A stretch of 64,000 bases of DNA from an uncultured Rhodobacteraceae bacterium (GCA_947503175.1 CANNCO010000006.1:62323-126322); one strand, 5' to 3'; shown: positions 18,868 through 28,598, counted from the stretch's first letter. A program made the numbers and translations. The notes: generated from the letters alone by a model not told the origin.

Positions 18868-19630
18868 GACGCAATCCCCTCTGTAACGCGTTGGCACGAA
18901 TGGCAAAGTAGTCGGCAAGCGGCGCGAAGATACTGGCAAGCAGCGACGCAAAAACGACGGCTTGCACATCAAGGCCAAAAATCCAGATCAGTGCGCCCGC
19001 CAGAATAGCATATGCGACACGCCCCGCATTCGTACTCGCCGCGGCAACGGGATCGCCGACCAGAAATACCAGCGGAAAGGCGGCAATGATCGCAACTGCC
19101 ACAATCTCATCCATTCCGACGGCAAGCCACAGAACCAGCAGGCTCGTCACCACGACCCGCCATGACAGGACGCCCATGATAAGCAGCAACGCCGCACCCG
19201 GCACCGTGGCAAGCGCCAGCGCGAGGGTCGGTTCGGGCAACGCCGTTCCAGGGAACGAAAACAGAAGCAACGCCAGCGACACAGCAGCCGCGTTCAGAAA
19301 TCCAAAGCCGCGGCCGCCGAACACCAACTCTCCAACGACTGCGCCAAGCGAGACGACAACGGCCACTTGCCAGACTGCGACATCCGCCGGGGTCAGAACG
19401 GCAAAGATCATCGCCGTCGTTATGCCTCCGGCACCCGGTGCCCCGTTTCGGACGCGCCAGAACACCGCATCCCAGAACAATGCCACCGCCGCTGCCACCA
19501 GAAAGACCCACAGCGCAGGCAATCCGCGTTCGGCAAGCACTACGGCCAGCGCAGGCAAAAGCGCAATCACCTGAACGACAGTCATGCCCAAGGCGCCCTG
19601 ACCGGCAAGAAGCCGTGCCGCAGCCGTCAT
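18860..19630 (-). CDS. nqrB: Shortened NqrB/RnfD-family membrane subunit (256 aa) lacking the SGAT FMN loop
   Basis: Retains VWQV...VFGG.GF.FLNAA, SWR, GDPV..A.TN.G, FAPLADY; the N-terminal extension and the central FMN segment are absent. Confidence 0.85.
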   Translation of the reverse strand: MTAAARLLAGQGALGMTVVQVIALLPALAVVLAERGLPALWVFLVAAAVALFWDAVFWRVRNGAPGAGGITTAMIFAVLTPADVAVWQVAVVVSLGAVVGELVFGGRGFGFLNAAAVSLALLLFSFPGTALPEPTLALALATVPGAALLLIMGVLSWRVVVTSLLVLWLAVGMDEIVAVAIIAAFPLVFLVGDPVAAASTNAGRVAYAILAGALIWIFGLDVQAVVFASLLASIFAPLADYFAIRANALQRGLRHG

Positions 19631-20829
19631 ACGGTCTGCTTTCGCAGGGTGTCCAGGACGTCACGCAGGCACTTACCGTAATCGGTCCCGCTCGTACAAA
19701 GGGCAGTAAGCGGGGCCACGTCATCCTCCAAAAGCTCAAAACATCCCAGCCGGCGTGCCGTTTCGGCATCACCCGTGCTCAGCGCACGCATCATCGGGAC
19801 GGGCAGGATATTCATAGGCAGCGCACGTTCAAGGGGCGACAATGCAAAAAGGGGCTGCGGCGCGCCCGTCCGGGCACCCGAAGCGGCACGGCGTCGATCG
19901 GTGACGGTGATCTCATCATGATGGCGGCCCAGATAGGCCGCCGGCCGCCCGCGCAACTCCGAGCCGGATATGAGGTCGGGCGGGGGATCGTCGTCATCGC
20001 TCCTGTCCTGAACGAGCACACGCAGATCAACGCCAAGCGGGATGCGCAGCACCGCCGGATCTGTGCATCGCGGCCCATGGAGCGCGACACTGCGAAACGG
20101 ATCATACCGCCCTGTGCGGAACAGATGCCCGATTGCAAGGACCTCCTGATATCCGATCGTCCAGACGCTTCGCTCCGAATGTACCGGAAAGAGCCGGTGA
20201 ACATGAGTTCCCGGCAGGCCCTGCCCATCACGATCGGGAAAATAGGATATCTTCACGGAAGAGGGGACGTCGTCCAGCGCGGGCGCACCGTTCGCCTGAC
20301 ACAAATGGACATGTCCTTTGGTCAGGGCCGCCAGCACTTCCAGACCGCGCGTCAGATCGGCGGCGCGTCCATCCATGACATTCGCCGGATGGGGCGCAGC
20401 GGTGCTCGTCCGTGTCGCCGTGACGAATATCGCGTCCGGGGACGCGTCGGGATCGGGGATACCGCCAAACGGGCGTGTGACAATGGCGGGCCAAAGCCCC
20501 CGTTCAAGCAACGTGCCGCGGATTGCGGCGGCGCTGCTATCATCGCAGGAACCTGTTTCCACCTCAGCGGAAGCGGCGGGGCCGGGCAGTATCTCGAAGA
20601 CCGAAAGCATACGCCGCGGGGCCATGCTGATGTCCCCGACGGTTCCGGAAATAGGGGAAACAAATGCGATCTCAGGGCGTTTCCTATCGCGGAAGACAAC
20701 CTGTCCGATGCTCACCGCGTCTCCGCGTTCGACTTCCTGCCGGATACGTAACTCGGAATAGTCGGCACCCAGAATACCAACGGGCAGCTCTCGCGCGTAC
20801 GTAGCTTCGCCATGCTGCGTCTCTGTCAT
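19627..20829 (-). CDS. nqrA: Shortened NqrA (about 400 aa)
   Basis: V..GD.V..GQ.VF.D.K.P.I.FVSP.SG, GLWPAIVTRPF, LGCFELLEDDVA.L..LC.SG.DYG; start ATG at 20829. Confidence 0.85.
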   Translation of the reverse strand: MTETQHGEATYARELPVGILGADYSELRIRQEVERGDAVSIGQVVFRDRKRPEIAFVSPISGTVGDISMAPRRMLSVFEILPGPAASAEVETGSCDDSSAAAIRGTLLERGLWPAIVTRPFGGIPDPDASPDAIFVTATRTSTAAPHPANVMDGRAADLTRGLEVLAALTKGHVHLCQANGAPALDDVPSSVKISYFPDRDGQGLPGTHVHRLFPVHSERSVWTIGYQEVLAIGHLFRTGRYDPFRSVALHGPRCTDPAVLRIPLGVDLRVLVQDRSDDDDPPPDLISGSELRGRPAAYLGRHHDEITVTDRRRAASGARTGAPQPLFALSPLERALPMNILPVPMMRALSTGDAETARRLGCFELLEDDVAPLTALCTSGTDYGKCLRDVLDTLRKQTV

Positions 20830-20897
20830 CTTGCCCGATTTCCGCCCTGTCTGGAGAGATTCTCCGACGAAGTTCTGCGAGGTTGGCGGGCAACTCA

Positions 20898-20911
20898 TTG
20901 AGATATATCAA
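20898..20911. promoter_or_regulatory. FNR/FixK-type box TTGAG-ATAT-ATCAA between nqrA and the cytochrome c gene
   Basis: One mismatch to consensus; centre about 75 bp from the nqrA start and about 70 bp from the cytochrome start. Confidence 0.72.
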
Positions 20912-20974
20912 ATCAAAAGATTTTGTATCGTGACCATATGCTCTGGAACGCTCTCGTCGGCAGGAGGAATCTCG

Positions 20975-22078
20975 ATGATCACCGCATTGCGCCAAAGGCT
21001 GCTTTGGCTTGTCTCGATCCTTGCACTTCTTATCGCACCAGTTGCAGCGCAAGCGCAGGATCAGGATGACGGGCCGAGCTTGTCCCAGATCGTCGATGCC
21101 TGGATAGCCTCGCCGCATGCAGACCGGTCTGCGGATGCCTTCACGCACTGGAACGAAGATGGCGAGATACCGGGCTCCTGCGCCACCTGCCATTCCGGGA
21201 TCGGATTCACCGACTATGTCAGCGGGTCGATGAGTACGGTCGGACGGATCGATCATCCGGTCCCGCTGGGCAACGTCGTCGATTGCGCGACATGTCACAG
21301 CGGAGCCGCCACGGCACTTGAATCCGTGCCGATGCTGTCCGGCGCGGTTGCCGAGAACGTCGGGTCATCTGCTGTCTGCTCTGTCTGTCATCAGGGCCGG
21401 AACTGGACGGGCTCGGTGGAGGCTGCCGTTGAAGGGCTCGGGATCGATACGGTGTCAGCCGAACTCGGTTTTGTGAACATCCACTATGCCGCCGCAGCCG
21501 CGACGCTGATGGGCGGCGATGCCCGTGGCGGCTACGAATATGCCGGCAAGGACTATAAGGGTCAGTTCACCCATGTGCCCGACTTGAACACCTGCACCGC
21601 CTGCCATTCGCCACACTCGCTCAAAGTCGAACTGACAAGCTGTTCAAGCTGTCACAGGGATGTCGCCAGCTTCCGTGACATCCGAACCACGCAGGTCGAT
21701 TTCGATGGCGATGGCGATGTCTCAGAGGGAATCGCTCGCCCGATCGCATCACTCCATGAGCAGTTGGGAGAGGCCATCGCGCTCTACGCTCGCGAAGTGG
21801 TCGGGGTGCCGGTGGTCTATGCCGCAGACAGCTATCCGTATTTCTTTGCCGACGGGGATGCGGACGGCGCGGTGTCAGAGGGCGAGGCGTCCTATCCCAA
21901 CCGCTACCAGAACTGGACCCCGCGCATGTTGCGTGCCGCCTACAACTATCAGTATGTAGCGAAGGACAAGGGTGCTTTCTCCCACAACCCGCATTATGCG
22001 CTCCAACTGCTTTACGATAGCCTCGAAGACCTGTCACAGGCTGTCGATGTGGATATCGCATCGCTGACCCGCCCCTAG
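20975..22078 (+). CDS. Periplasmic pentahaem cytochrome c (367 aa)
   Basis: Sec-type signal peptide ending AQA and five CxxCH motifs (CATCH, CATCH, CSVCH, CTACH, CSSCH); AGGAGG RBS. Confidence 0.9.
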   Translation: MITALRQRLLWLVSILALLIAPVAAQAQDQDDGPSLSQIVDAWIASPHADRSADAFTHWNEDGEIPGSCATCHSGIGFTDYVSGSMSTVGRIDHPVPLGNVVDCATCHSGAATALESVPMLSGAVAENVGSSAVCSVCHQGRNWTGSVEAAVEGLGIDTVSAELGFVNIHYAAAAATLMGGDARGGYEYAGKDYKGQFTHVPDLNTCTACHSPHSLKVELTSCSSCHRDVASFRDIRTTQVDFDGDGDVSEGIARPIASLHEQLGEAIALYAREVVGVPVVYAADSYPYFFADGDADGAVSEGEASYPNRYQNWTPRMLRAAYNYQYVAKDKGAFSHNPHYALQLLYDSLEDLSQAVDVDIASLTRP

Positions 22079-22090
22079 GGCGGGGTCGCC

Positions 22091-23272
22091 TTGGAACACG
22101 CGCTCCTGATCCTGATTCTTGGCGTCCTGTTTCTGGGTGCTCTGGCTCTCGATACGATCGGGCACATCGTCCATGTGCCTCGGGTTACACTGCTCATGCT
22201 TCTGGGGGCCCTTCTGGGCCCTCCGATACTTGATGTCCTCCCTCCGGCGCTTGCAGGCGCGAATGATGGCTTTGCCGCGGTCGCGCTGACAATGGTGGCC
22301 TTTCTCCTGGGCGGTACTCTCAAACGGGATACGCTTGCGGAGCATGGGCGCGAAATACTGATCATGTCGCTCAGCGTGGTGGGCATATCGATCCTGTTCG
22401 TGGCTGCCGGTCTGTACCTGGCTGGCATGGCCATCGTTCCGGCGCTTATCCTCGCGGCCATTTCGGCGGCGACGGCTCCGGCAGCGACGCGTGACGTCAT
22501 TCTTCAGTCAGGTCAGACCGGTCGCTTTGCGACGAACATCCTCGGAATCGTGGCGATCGATGATGCCTGGGGTCTTCTGGCGTTTAGCATCATCCTGATG
22601 GTTGCCGGTGCAATCGCAGGCGATGGGGCGGCGGCCTCGGTGCTTCACGGGGTCTGGGAGGCCGGCGGCGGCATTGCGCTTGGCGCGGCCATCGGATTTC
22701 CCGCGGCCTATCTGACCGGGCGGCTCAAACGCGGCGAGCCTTCCCTTCTCGAAGCCCTGGGCATCGTCCTCATCTGCGCCGGTGCATCGCTTTTGCTTGA
22801 GGTATCTTTCCTGCTCGCAGGCATGGTGGCGGGTGCGATTGTCGTCAACCTGGCACGTCATCACCGGTATCCCTTCCATGAAATCGAGCGGATCGAATGG
22901 CCTTTTCTACTGATATTCTTCATCATGGCGGGCGCATCTCTTGAAATCGGACTTATCGTGGAGTTCGGGGTTGTTGGCCTTGCCTATGTCACGGCCCGAA
23001 TGCTGGCTCGTGTGGTCGGCGGCTGGATGGGGGGGCGGCTTGCGCATCTCAGCGGGCAGGAAGGCATCATGACCGGGATTGCGCTGACCCCGCAGGCGGG
23101 CGTTGCCATCGGAATGGCACTCGCGGCAAGCAACAGGTTTCCCGAATACGCTGAACAGATCATGGCAATTACGATTGCCAGCACGATTATCTTCGAAATC
23201 ATCGGACCGCTTATGACACAGACGGCACTGAACCGGATGTCCGAAACAGAAGCTTCGAAGAGCGCCACTTAA
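22091..23272 (+). CDS. Monovalent cation:proton antiporter (CPA superfamily)
   Basis: About 12 TM segments, ATAPAAT, VAIDDAWG, PQAGVAIGMAL; TTG start 12 bp after the cytochrome stop. Confidence 0.88.
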   Translation: MEHALLILILGVLFLGALALDTIGHIVHVPRVTLLMLLGALLGPPILDVLPPALAGANDGFAAVALTMVAFLLGGTLKRDTLAEHGREILIMSLSVVGISILFVAAGLYLAGMAIVPALILAAISAATAPAATRDVILQSGQTGRFATNILGIVAIDDAWGLLAFSIILMVAGAIAGDGAAASVLHGVWEAGGGIALGAAIGFPAAYLTGRLKRGEPSLLEALGIVLICAGASLLLEVSFLLAGMVAGAIVVNLARHHRYPFHEIERIEWPFLLIFFIMAGASLEIGLIVEFGVVGLAYVTARMLARVVGGWMGGRLAHLSGQEGIMTGIALTPQAGVAIGMALAASNRFPEYAEQIMAITIASTIIFEIIGPLMTQTALNRMSETEASKSAT

Positions 23273-23293
23273 GGCCGGATTTCATCCTGCCAA

Positions 23294-24490
23294 TCAAGTC
23301 GCCCGGGTTCGGTCACGTGTCTCGGTTTGTGGCGGAACCTGCGCCGCAACGTTCAGATATGCCGTGAAGTCCGACAGCGTGACAACGCCCGCCAGCCGCC
23401 CATCATCAATAACAAGGAACTTGCGCTGACCCGTTCTGGTAATCCGCTCAAGCAGATCCGGCGCGGAGTCTCGGGGGCCGACAACATCTCTGGCAGAAAG
23501 ACCCTCGAACACATCGTTCACGGTTGTTGTCGCCCAGTTTTCCCGATCGATCCTGGTGAGCAGATGAAGATCGATATACCCGATCGGCCGCGCGCCGGCC
23601 ATCACAGGCGCAAAACTGACCGAATGATTCAGAAAAACCTGATCCACGAGATCCTGGAGCGTCTGGTCGGGCTCTGCGGTCCAGGGCGCAGTGGTCATGA
23701 GATTGGCCACGAAAAGCCCGTGAAGCGCTTTACGTGTCAAAAGCTGCCGGTAGGTTGCGGTGGATGCCGCCAGTAGAAAAAGCCCGATCATGATCGGCCA
23801 GATCCCGGCCGCCACAGCACCGTTGAACAGCGTGAATATCCCAAGGGCAATAAGGCCATAGGCTGTGACCGTAGAAAGCCGCGCGGCGCGGCGCGTCGCC
23901 TCAAGCTGATCGCCGATCTGGCCCCAGAGAATCGCGCGATAGACCCGGCCTCCATCCAGCGGAAAGGCCGGCAAGAGGTTGAACACGGCAAGGATAAGGT
24001 TCGCCACCGCAAGGTAAAGCAGGACCGCCTGTACCGCTTCCATACCGGGCAGGCCCATGGTGAGCATGGCGAGAACCCAAAACGCGAGGGACAAGGCAAA
24101 GCTGGCCAGCGGTCCGGCCACGGCTACACGGAATTCGGTCGCGGCATCCGGCGGCTCGTCTTCCATCTCGGCGACACCGCCGAACAGAAAGAGAGTAATG
24201 CTTTTGATGCGAATACCGTGGCGGCGGGCGACAAGTGAATGGGCAAGCTCGTGCAGGATCAGCGATCCGAACAACGCAATCGCTGCGGCAACCGACATGG
24301 TGAAGAGCGTTTCCGGAGACGCGCCGGGGAGGACTGACGGAAAATACCCTTGCGACAGACTCCAGACCACAAGCGCGGCAATCAGAACCCAGCTTATATC
24401 GATCTTTACGTCAAAGCCGACAAGGCGCGCGATCCTGACAGACCGCCCCCAAAGCGTATGGCCGTCTTCAGACACAGGGCACCAGCCCAA
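23294..24490 (-). CDS. Site-2 protease (M50) with C-terminal CBS pair
   Basis: HELAH zinc motif, NLLPAFPLDGGR, CBS repeats; start 24490 or 24475. Confidence 0.9.
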   Translation of the reverse strand: MGWCPVSEDGHTLWGRSVRIARLVGFDVKIDISWVLIAALVVWSLSQGYFPSVLPGASPETLFTMSVAAAIALFGSLILHELAHSLVARRHGIRIKSITLFLFGGVAEMEDEPPDAATEFRVAVAGPLASFALSLAFWVLAMLTMGLPGMEAVQAVLLYLAVANLILAVFNLLPAFPLDGGRVYRAILWGQIGDQLEATRRAARLSTVTAYGLIALGIFTLFNGAVAAGIWPIMIGLFLLAASTATYRQLLTRKALHGLFVANLMTTAPWTAEPDQTLQDLVDQVFLNHSVSFAPVMAGARPIGYIDLHLLTRIDRENWATTTVNDVFEGLSARDVVGPRDSAPDLLERITRTGQRKFLVIDDGRLAGVVTLSDFTAYLNVAAQVPPQTETRDRTRAT

Positions 24491-24599
24491 ACCTCAGGAA
24501 GGTATTCTGTTTCTTGTGAACCCGGTCGAGCATCTTCTCCCTCCCGAACGCTCCTTTGTCGAAAAGAGCATGAATTCCGGCACAACCCGTTGAGGAAGA

Positions 24600-27209
24600 T
24601 CAAATCGGTGCAGAGTTCCGGCGCATCACGATCCATTTGAACAACTCCGGAACGACGATCAGCGGTAGGGCCAAAACAGCAATCATGATCCAGTTATCGA
24701 CGCCCAGCGGTACGGTGTGAAGCACCGTTTGCAGCGGCGGCCAATACACCGCCGCAACCTGTGCCGAAAGGGTCAGGGCCAATGCCCCCAAGAGGACCGG
24801 GTTCGAAAACCATCCCAGAGTCGAGCAACTGTGGCGAAGCGAACGGAACGCAAAGACACTCATCTTTTCGAAGACAACCATCGCGCTGAAGGCGGCCGTC
24901 CGCGCGATGTCGGTTCCGAACGGCAAGGTCTGATAGAACACCCAAAGGCTGGCACCGCCCGTGTAAAGTGCGAAGATCACGATCACGGCCATGCCGTTCC
25001 ATCCGATAATCGGCGTATCAATCTCGCGTGGCGGCGTTTTCATCTGGTCCGGTTCGGACTTTTCAAGACCCAGCGCCACTGCCGTGATCCCGTCGGTCAC
25101 GAGGTTCATCCAGAGGATCTGGGTCGCCAGAAAGACAAGCGGGCCCCCGATCATTATGTTCGCGAGGATCGCGAGCACTTCGCCCGCATTCGAGGTCAGC
25201 AGATAGCGCACGAACTTGCGGATATTGTTGAACTGCCTGCGCCCTTCGCTGATCGCGGCGACGATCGTGGCAAAATTGTCGTCAAGCAGGACGAGATCGC
25301 TGGAATCGCGGGCGACTTCGGTCCCGCGCCCGCCCATGGCGATGCCGATATCGGCCTGTTTCAACGCGGGCGCATCATTCACCCCGTCGCCCGTCATCGC
25401 GACGATCTGCCTGCGGGCCTGCAAAGCCCGAACGAGCCGGATCTTGTGAGCGGGCTTTGTCCGCGCGAACAGGACCGGCTGATCCAGGACGTCGGCAAGT
25501 GCCCCGTCGTCCATCTCATCGAGATCGCGCCCGGTCAGGGTGCGCCGGGTTTGAAGTCCGATCTGGTTTGCAATCGCCTGCGCGGTAATGGGGTTGTCGC
25601 CGGTGATCATAACAACCCGGATGCCAGCGCTCCCCGCAGCCGCGACCGCGGCGGGGACCGAAGCACGCGGCGGGTCAATCAGGCCGACAAGGGCGGTGAG
25701 CACAAGATCGCGTTCAGCGATATCGCCAGCATTCGACGCCGGTCTGTCGGCAAGAGCGATGACGCGCAGCCCATCCGACGCCATGTCCGAAAGCGCGGCT
25801 TCGATCTGCGCTCTGATTTCGGCGCTAAGGGGCACCGGGCCATCCGGTGTCAACAGGGCTGTGCAGATCGCCAGAACCTGTTCGGGCGCCCCCTTGCAAT
25901 GCAACGTGAACGGCGCACGAGACAGCACGCTCATGCGTTTCCGCTCGCTGGTGAACGCGGTCTCGTGAAGGATCGCATCCGGGCCGGGCAGAGGTACCCA
26001 TCCCTTATAGGCCAGCGTGATAAGCGCCCCTTCCGTCGGATCGCCCATCATATGCCACCCATCGGTATCATGGCTGAGGAGCGCATGGGTGCATGTCACG
26101 GCAGTCGTCAATGCCCGGGCAAGAACCGGGTCGTCAGCGGCCCTGACGCGATCCCCGCTGAGTGAGATGTGACCTGCGGGATCATAGCCGGTTCCGGTCA
26201 CGGGCGCCAAGCCATGGGCCATCCAGATCTGCGTCGCGGTCATCCGGTTTTCAGTCAGCGTCCCGGTCTTGTCTGTACAGATCACGGACGCCGCCCCCAA
26301 AGTCTCGACCGCCTGCAGCCTGCGCGCCACGGCTTTCTGCCGCGCCATCGCCATCGCGCCAAGCGCAAGGGTGATGGTGACGACGGCGGGCAGGCCCTCC
26401 GGCACGATCGCAACCGCCAGAGACAGGCCGGTCAGAAAAATGTCAGACAGCGCACGGCCCGATAAGAGACCGATGATGACAACCAGCACGGCAATCCCCA
26501 GCGCTGCCGCCCCCAACTGGGTTGCCAGTCGCGAAAGCTGAGTTTGCAGAGCGGTGGGGGGCTCTTCGGCACGCCTCGCCAGATCGGCGATGCGGCCAAA
26601 CTCGGTCTTCAGGCCGATCTCCGAAACCTCACCCTCGGCCCGCCCCTGAACCACCGACGTCCCGGCATAAAGGCGCTCGGATTCTGTTTCGCCGGATTTC
26701 TCGACCGGGACGCTCTCGCCCGTCAGAACGCTTTCATCGATCATGAGCTGTTGCTGACGCAGCGGCTTCAGATCAGCGGGTATCACGTCTCCCGCCGCGA
26801 CAAGCACATGGTCCCCCGGAACCAGATCGCGTGCCGGTATCGTCTGACGTCGCCCGTCACGGATCACCGTGGCCATCGGCGCCATCATCGAGCGCAAGGC
26901 CTCCAACTGGTTCTCGGCGCGCCACTCCTGCACGAAACCGAAGGCGGCATTGAGCACGATCACCGCCGTTATGGCGGCCGCATCCACCACCTCGCCCAAT
27001 GCATAGGCAATAACTGCGGCGACGATCAGTATGACGACAAGCAGACTCGCGAACTGCCGCAGAAACAGCCGCACCGGATGCGCACGGGCGGCCCGGGGCA
27101 ATTCGTTCCATCCTGTCGCCGCGCGCCTTCGCAGAACCTCGTCGGTACCGAGGCCGGGCGCACCTTCAGGCGGTTCTAGCTGCACGGGCGAAATCCTTAT
27201 CTGCTTCAC
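24600..27209 (-). CDS. Type II P-type cation-transporting ATPase
   Basis: [40 protein letters not shown]. Confidence 0.95.
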   Translation of the reverse strand: MKQIRISPVQLEPPEGAPGLGTDEVLRRRAATGWNELPRAARAHPVRLFLRQFASLLVVILIVAAVIAYALGEVVDAAAITAVIVLNAAFGFVQEWRAENQLEALRSMMAPMATVIRDGRRQTIPARDLVPGDHVLVAAGDVIPADLKPLRQQQLMIDESVLTGESVPVEKSGETESERLYAGTSVVQGRAEGEVSEIGLKTEFGRIADLARRAEEPPTALQTQLSRLATQLGAAALGIAVLVVIIGLLSGRALSDIFLTGLSLAVAIVPEGLPAVVTITLALGAMAMARQKAVARRLQAVETLGAASVICTDKTGTLTENRMTATQIWMAHGLAPVTGTGYDPAGHISLSGDRVRAADDPVLARALTTAVTCTHALLSHDTDGWHMMGDPTEGALITLAYKGWVPLPGPDAILHETAFTSERKRMSVLSRAPFTLHCKGAPEQVLAICTALLTPDGPVPLSAEIRAQIEAALSDMASDGLRVIALADRPASNAGDIAERDLVLTALVGLIDPPRASVPAAVAAAGSAGIRVVMITGDNPITAQAIANQIGLQTRRTLTGRDLDEMDDGALADVLDQPVLFARTKPAHKIRLVRALQARRQIVAMTGDGVNDAPALKQADIGIAMGGRGTEVARDSSDLVLLDDNFATIVAAISEGRRQFNNIRKFVRYLLTSNAGEVLAILANIMIGGPLVFLATQILWMNLVTDGITAVALGLEKSEPDQMKTPPREIDTPIIGWNGMAVIVIFALYTGGASLWVFYQTLPFGTDIARTAAFSAMVVFEKMSVFAFRSLRHSCSTLGWFSNPVLLGALALTLSAQVAAVYWPPLQTVLHTVPLGVDNWIMIAVLALPLIVVPELFKWIVMRRNSAPI

Positions 27210-27244
27210 GTCGGCCCGTTATCAGCATGCAATCGCCTTATTGA

Positions 27245-27258
27245 TTGATGCGCGTCAA
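27245..27258. promoter_or_regulatory. FNR/FixK-type box TTGAT-GCGC-GTCAA
   Basis: Between the divergent ATPase and phasin genes; centre about 68 bp from the phasin ATG. Confidence 0.75.
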
Positions 27259-27319
27259 GCGTCTGCGTGGAAACAACAGCTAGAATCCCCATACCCGGAA
27301 GCCAATCAGGAGAACGGCA

Positions 27320-27658
27320 ATGGTTCGCAAATCCCCGACACAGGAAGAGAAGACCGAAACCCCGGATCCGACTGCTGCATTTGCACAAATGGCCCCGGTC
27401 GCATGGATGAGCCGCGCCTGGATCGAGAACATGTCGGATCTCGGCTCCGAGATCACGACATTCGTTGCGCAAAGGATCAGCGAAGACGTACGGACGCAGC
27501 ACGCCATTCTGCACTGCAAGACGCTGCCGGAGTTGCAGCATATCCAGGCTGAATTCATGCAGCGCGCCCTCGACGATTACAGCGCCGAGACAGGCAAGCT
27601 CGTGAAAATGAGTAACGAGATCATCGAACGCATCCGATCGCAGCCCGAGGCTGACTGA
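27320..27658 (+). CDS. Phasin family (PHA granule-associated) protein
   Basis: E...FV..RI.ED......L..CK...EL..IQ.EF...A..DY..E..K pattern of alphaproteobacterial phasins; GGAG RBS. Confidence 0.75.
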   Translation: MVRKSPTQEEKTETPDPTAAFAQMAPVAWMSRAWIENMSDLGSEITTFVAQRISEDVRTQHAILHCKTLPELQHIQAEFMQRALDDYSAETGKLVKMSNEIIERIRSQPEAD

Positions 27659-27685
27659 AGCGGATCAGAAATTGGAGACAGACTT

Positions 27686-28033
27686 ATGGAAGACGTGGAA
27701 CGACTGCTGAAGGGGACGGTTGACGAGCTTGACCGGTTGCTCAATGCCAAGAACGTGCTCGGCGATCCGATCGAAAAGGACGGTGCGACGGTGATCCCGA
27801 TTGTCAGCTACGGCTTCGGTTTCGGCGCCGGCGGCGGTGAAAGCGAAAAGAACGGCAACGGTGGCGGCACCGGAGGCGGCGGCGGTATCAGGCCACTTGG
27901 CGCGATCATCATCGATGCCGATGGCGCAAGGGTCGAGGCGGTGCAGGGTCCGATGACCACGCTGGTCGAGACGGTCGGCGAAACGGCCAAACGGGCTATC
28001 GACAGCCGGGCCGCACGCGCAGCCAAAACCTGA
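27686..28033 (+). CDS. GerW/YtfJ family protein
   Basis: VLGDPIEKDGATVIPIVSYGFGFGAGGG...GGTGGGGGIRPLGAIII motif. Confidence 0.85.
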   Translation: MEDVERLLKGTVDELDRLLNAKNVLGDPIEKDGATVIPIVSYGFGFGAGGGESEKNGNGGGTGGGGGIRPLGAIIIDADGARVEAVQGPMTTLVETVGETAKRAIDSRAARAAKT

Positions 28034-28043
28034 CCCCCGGATA

Positions 28044-28598
28044 ATGGCCATCGCCCTGACCATCGTGCTCTGGGCAACGCTCGCACTTGCCACCATTTGC
28101 CTTGCGGCACTCCTTTTGCCGGTGCGGATCGAAATGCACATCCGCACCGAGCCGCGACTGCGTTACGGGATGATCTTGCGACCGTTTTTCGGACGCGGCC
28201 CGGGGTTTTCCGTGACCGGCGCAGCGTGGCGCAAACGGAAACCCCCGCGAAAGCAGAAATCGCGCACAAGTCGCGTGTCGGCGAAACGCGGAAGGGCGAT
28301 GATACGGGCTGCGCCAGACCTCCTGCGCGGGCTTTTGGACTCGGTCCGGCTGGAAACCCTTCGCCTGGATGCCACCTTCGGCACGGATGACCCGGCCGAT
28401 ACGGGCCATCTGTTCGGATTTGTGTCGCCGGTTCTCTACGGACTTCCGCCATCCGACAAGTATCACGTTCGGCTTCGGCCCGATTTCAACGGGCCCGTGT
28501 TTGATGGCAGCTTCGAAGCCCATCTCCGCGTGCTACCGTTCTGGATTGCCGGAACGCTCGTGCGATTTGGGTGGCGCGTCTTTTGGCCGGGCCGATGA
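28044..28598 (+). CDS. DUF2953 (YtfI-like) protein
   Basis: N-terminal TM helix, basic linker, L.LDATFGTDDPADTGHLFG..., P.F....F.G. Confidence 0.75.
   Translation: MAIALTIVLWATLALATICLAALLLPVRIEMHIRTEPRLRYGMILRPFFGRGPGFSVTGAAWRKRKPPRKQKSRTSRVSAKRGRAMIRAAPDLLRGLLDSVRLETLRLDATFGTDDPADTGHLFGFVSPVLYGLPPSDKYHVRLRPDFNGPVFDGSFEAHLRVLPFWIAGTLVRFGWRVFWPGR

Noticed and set aside
15614-20829. Rnf complex or decaying nqr pseudogene cluster
   Set aside because: Gene order A-B-C-D-E-F-apbE-nqrM and a bona fide NqrF indicate NQR; there are no frameshifts or internal stops, and junction overlaps are intact.
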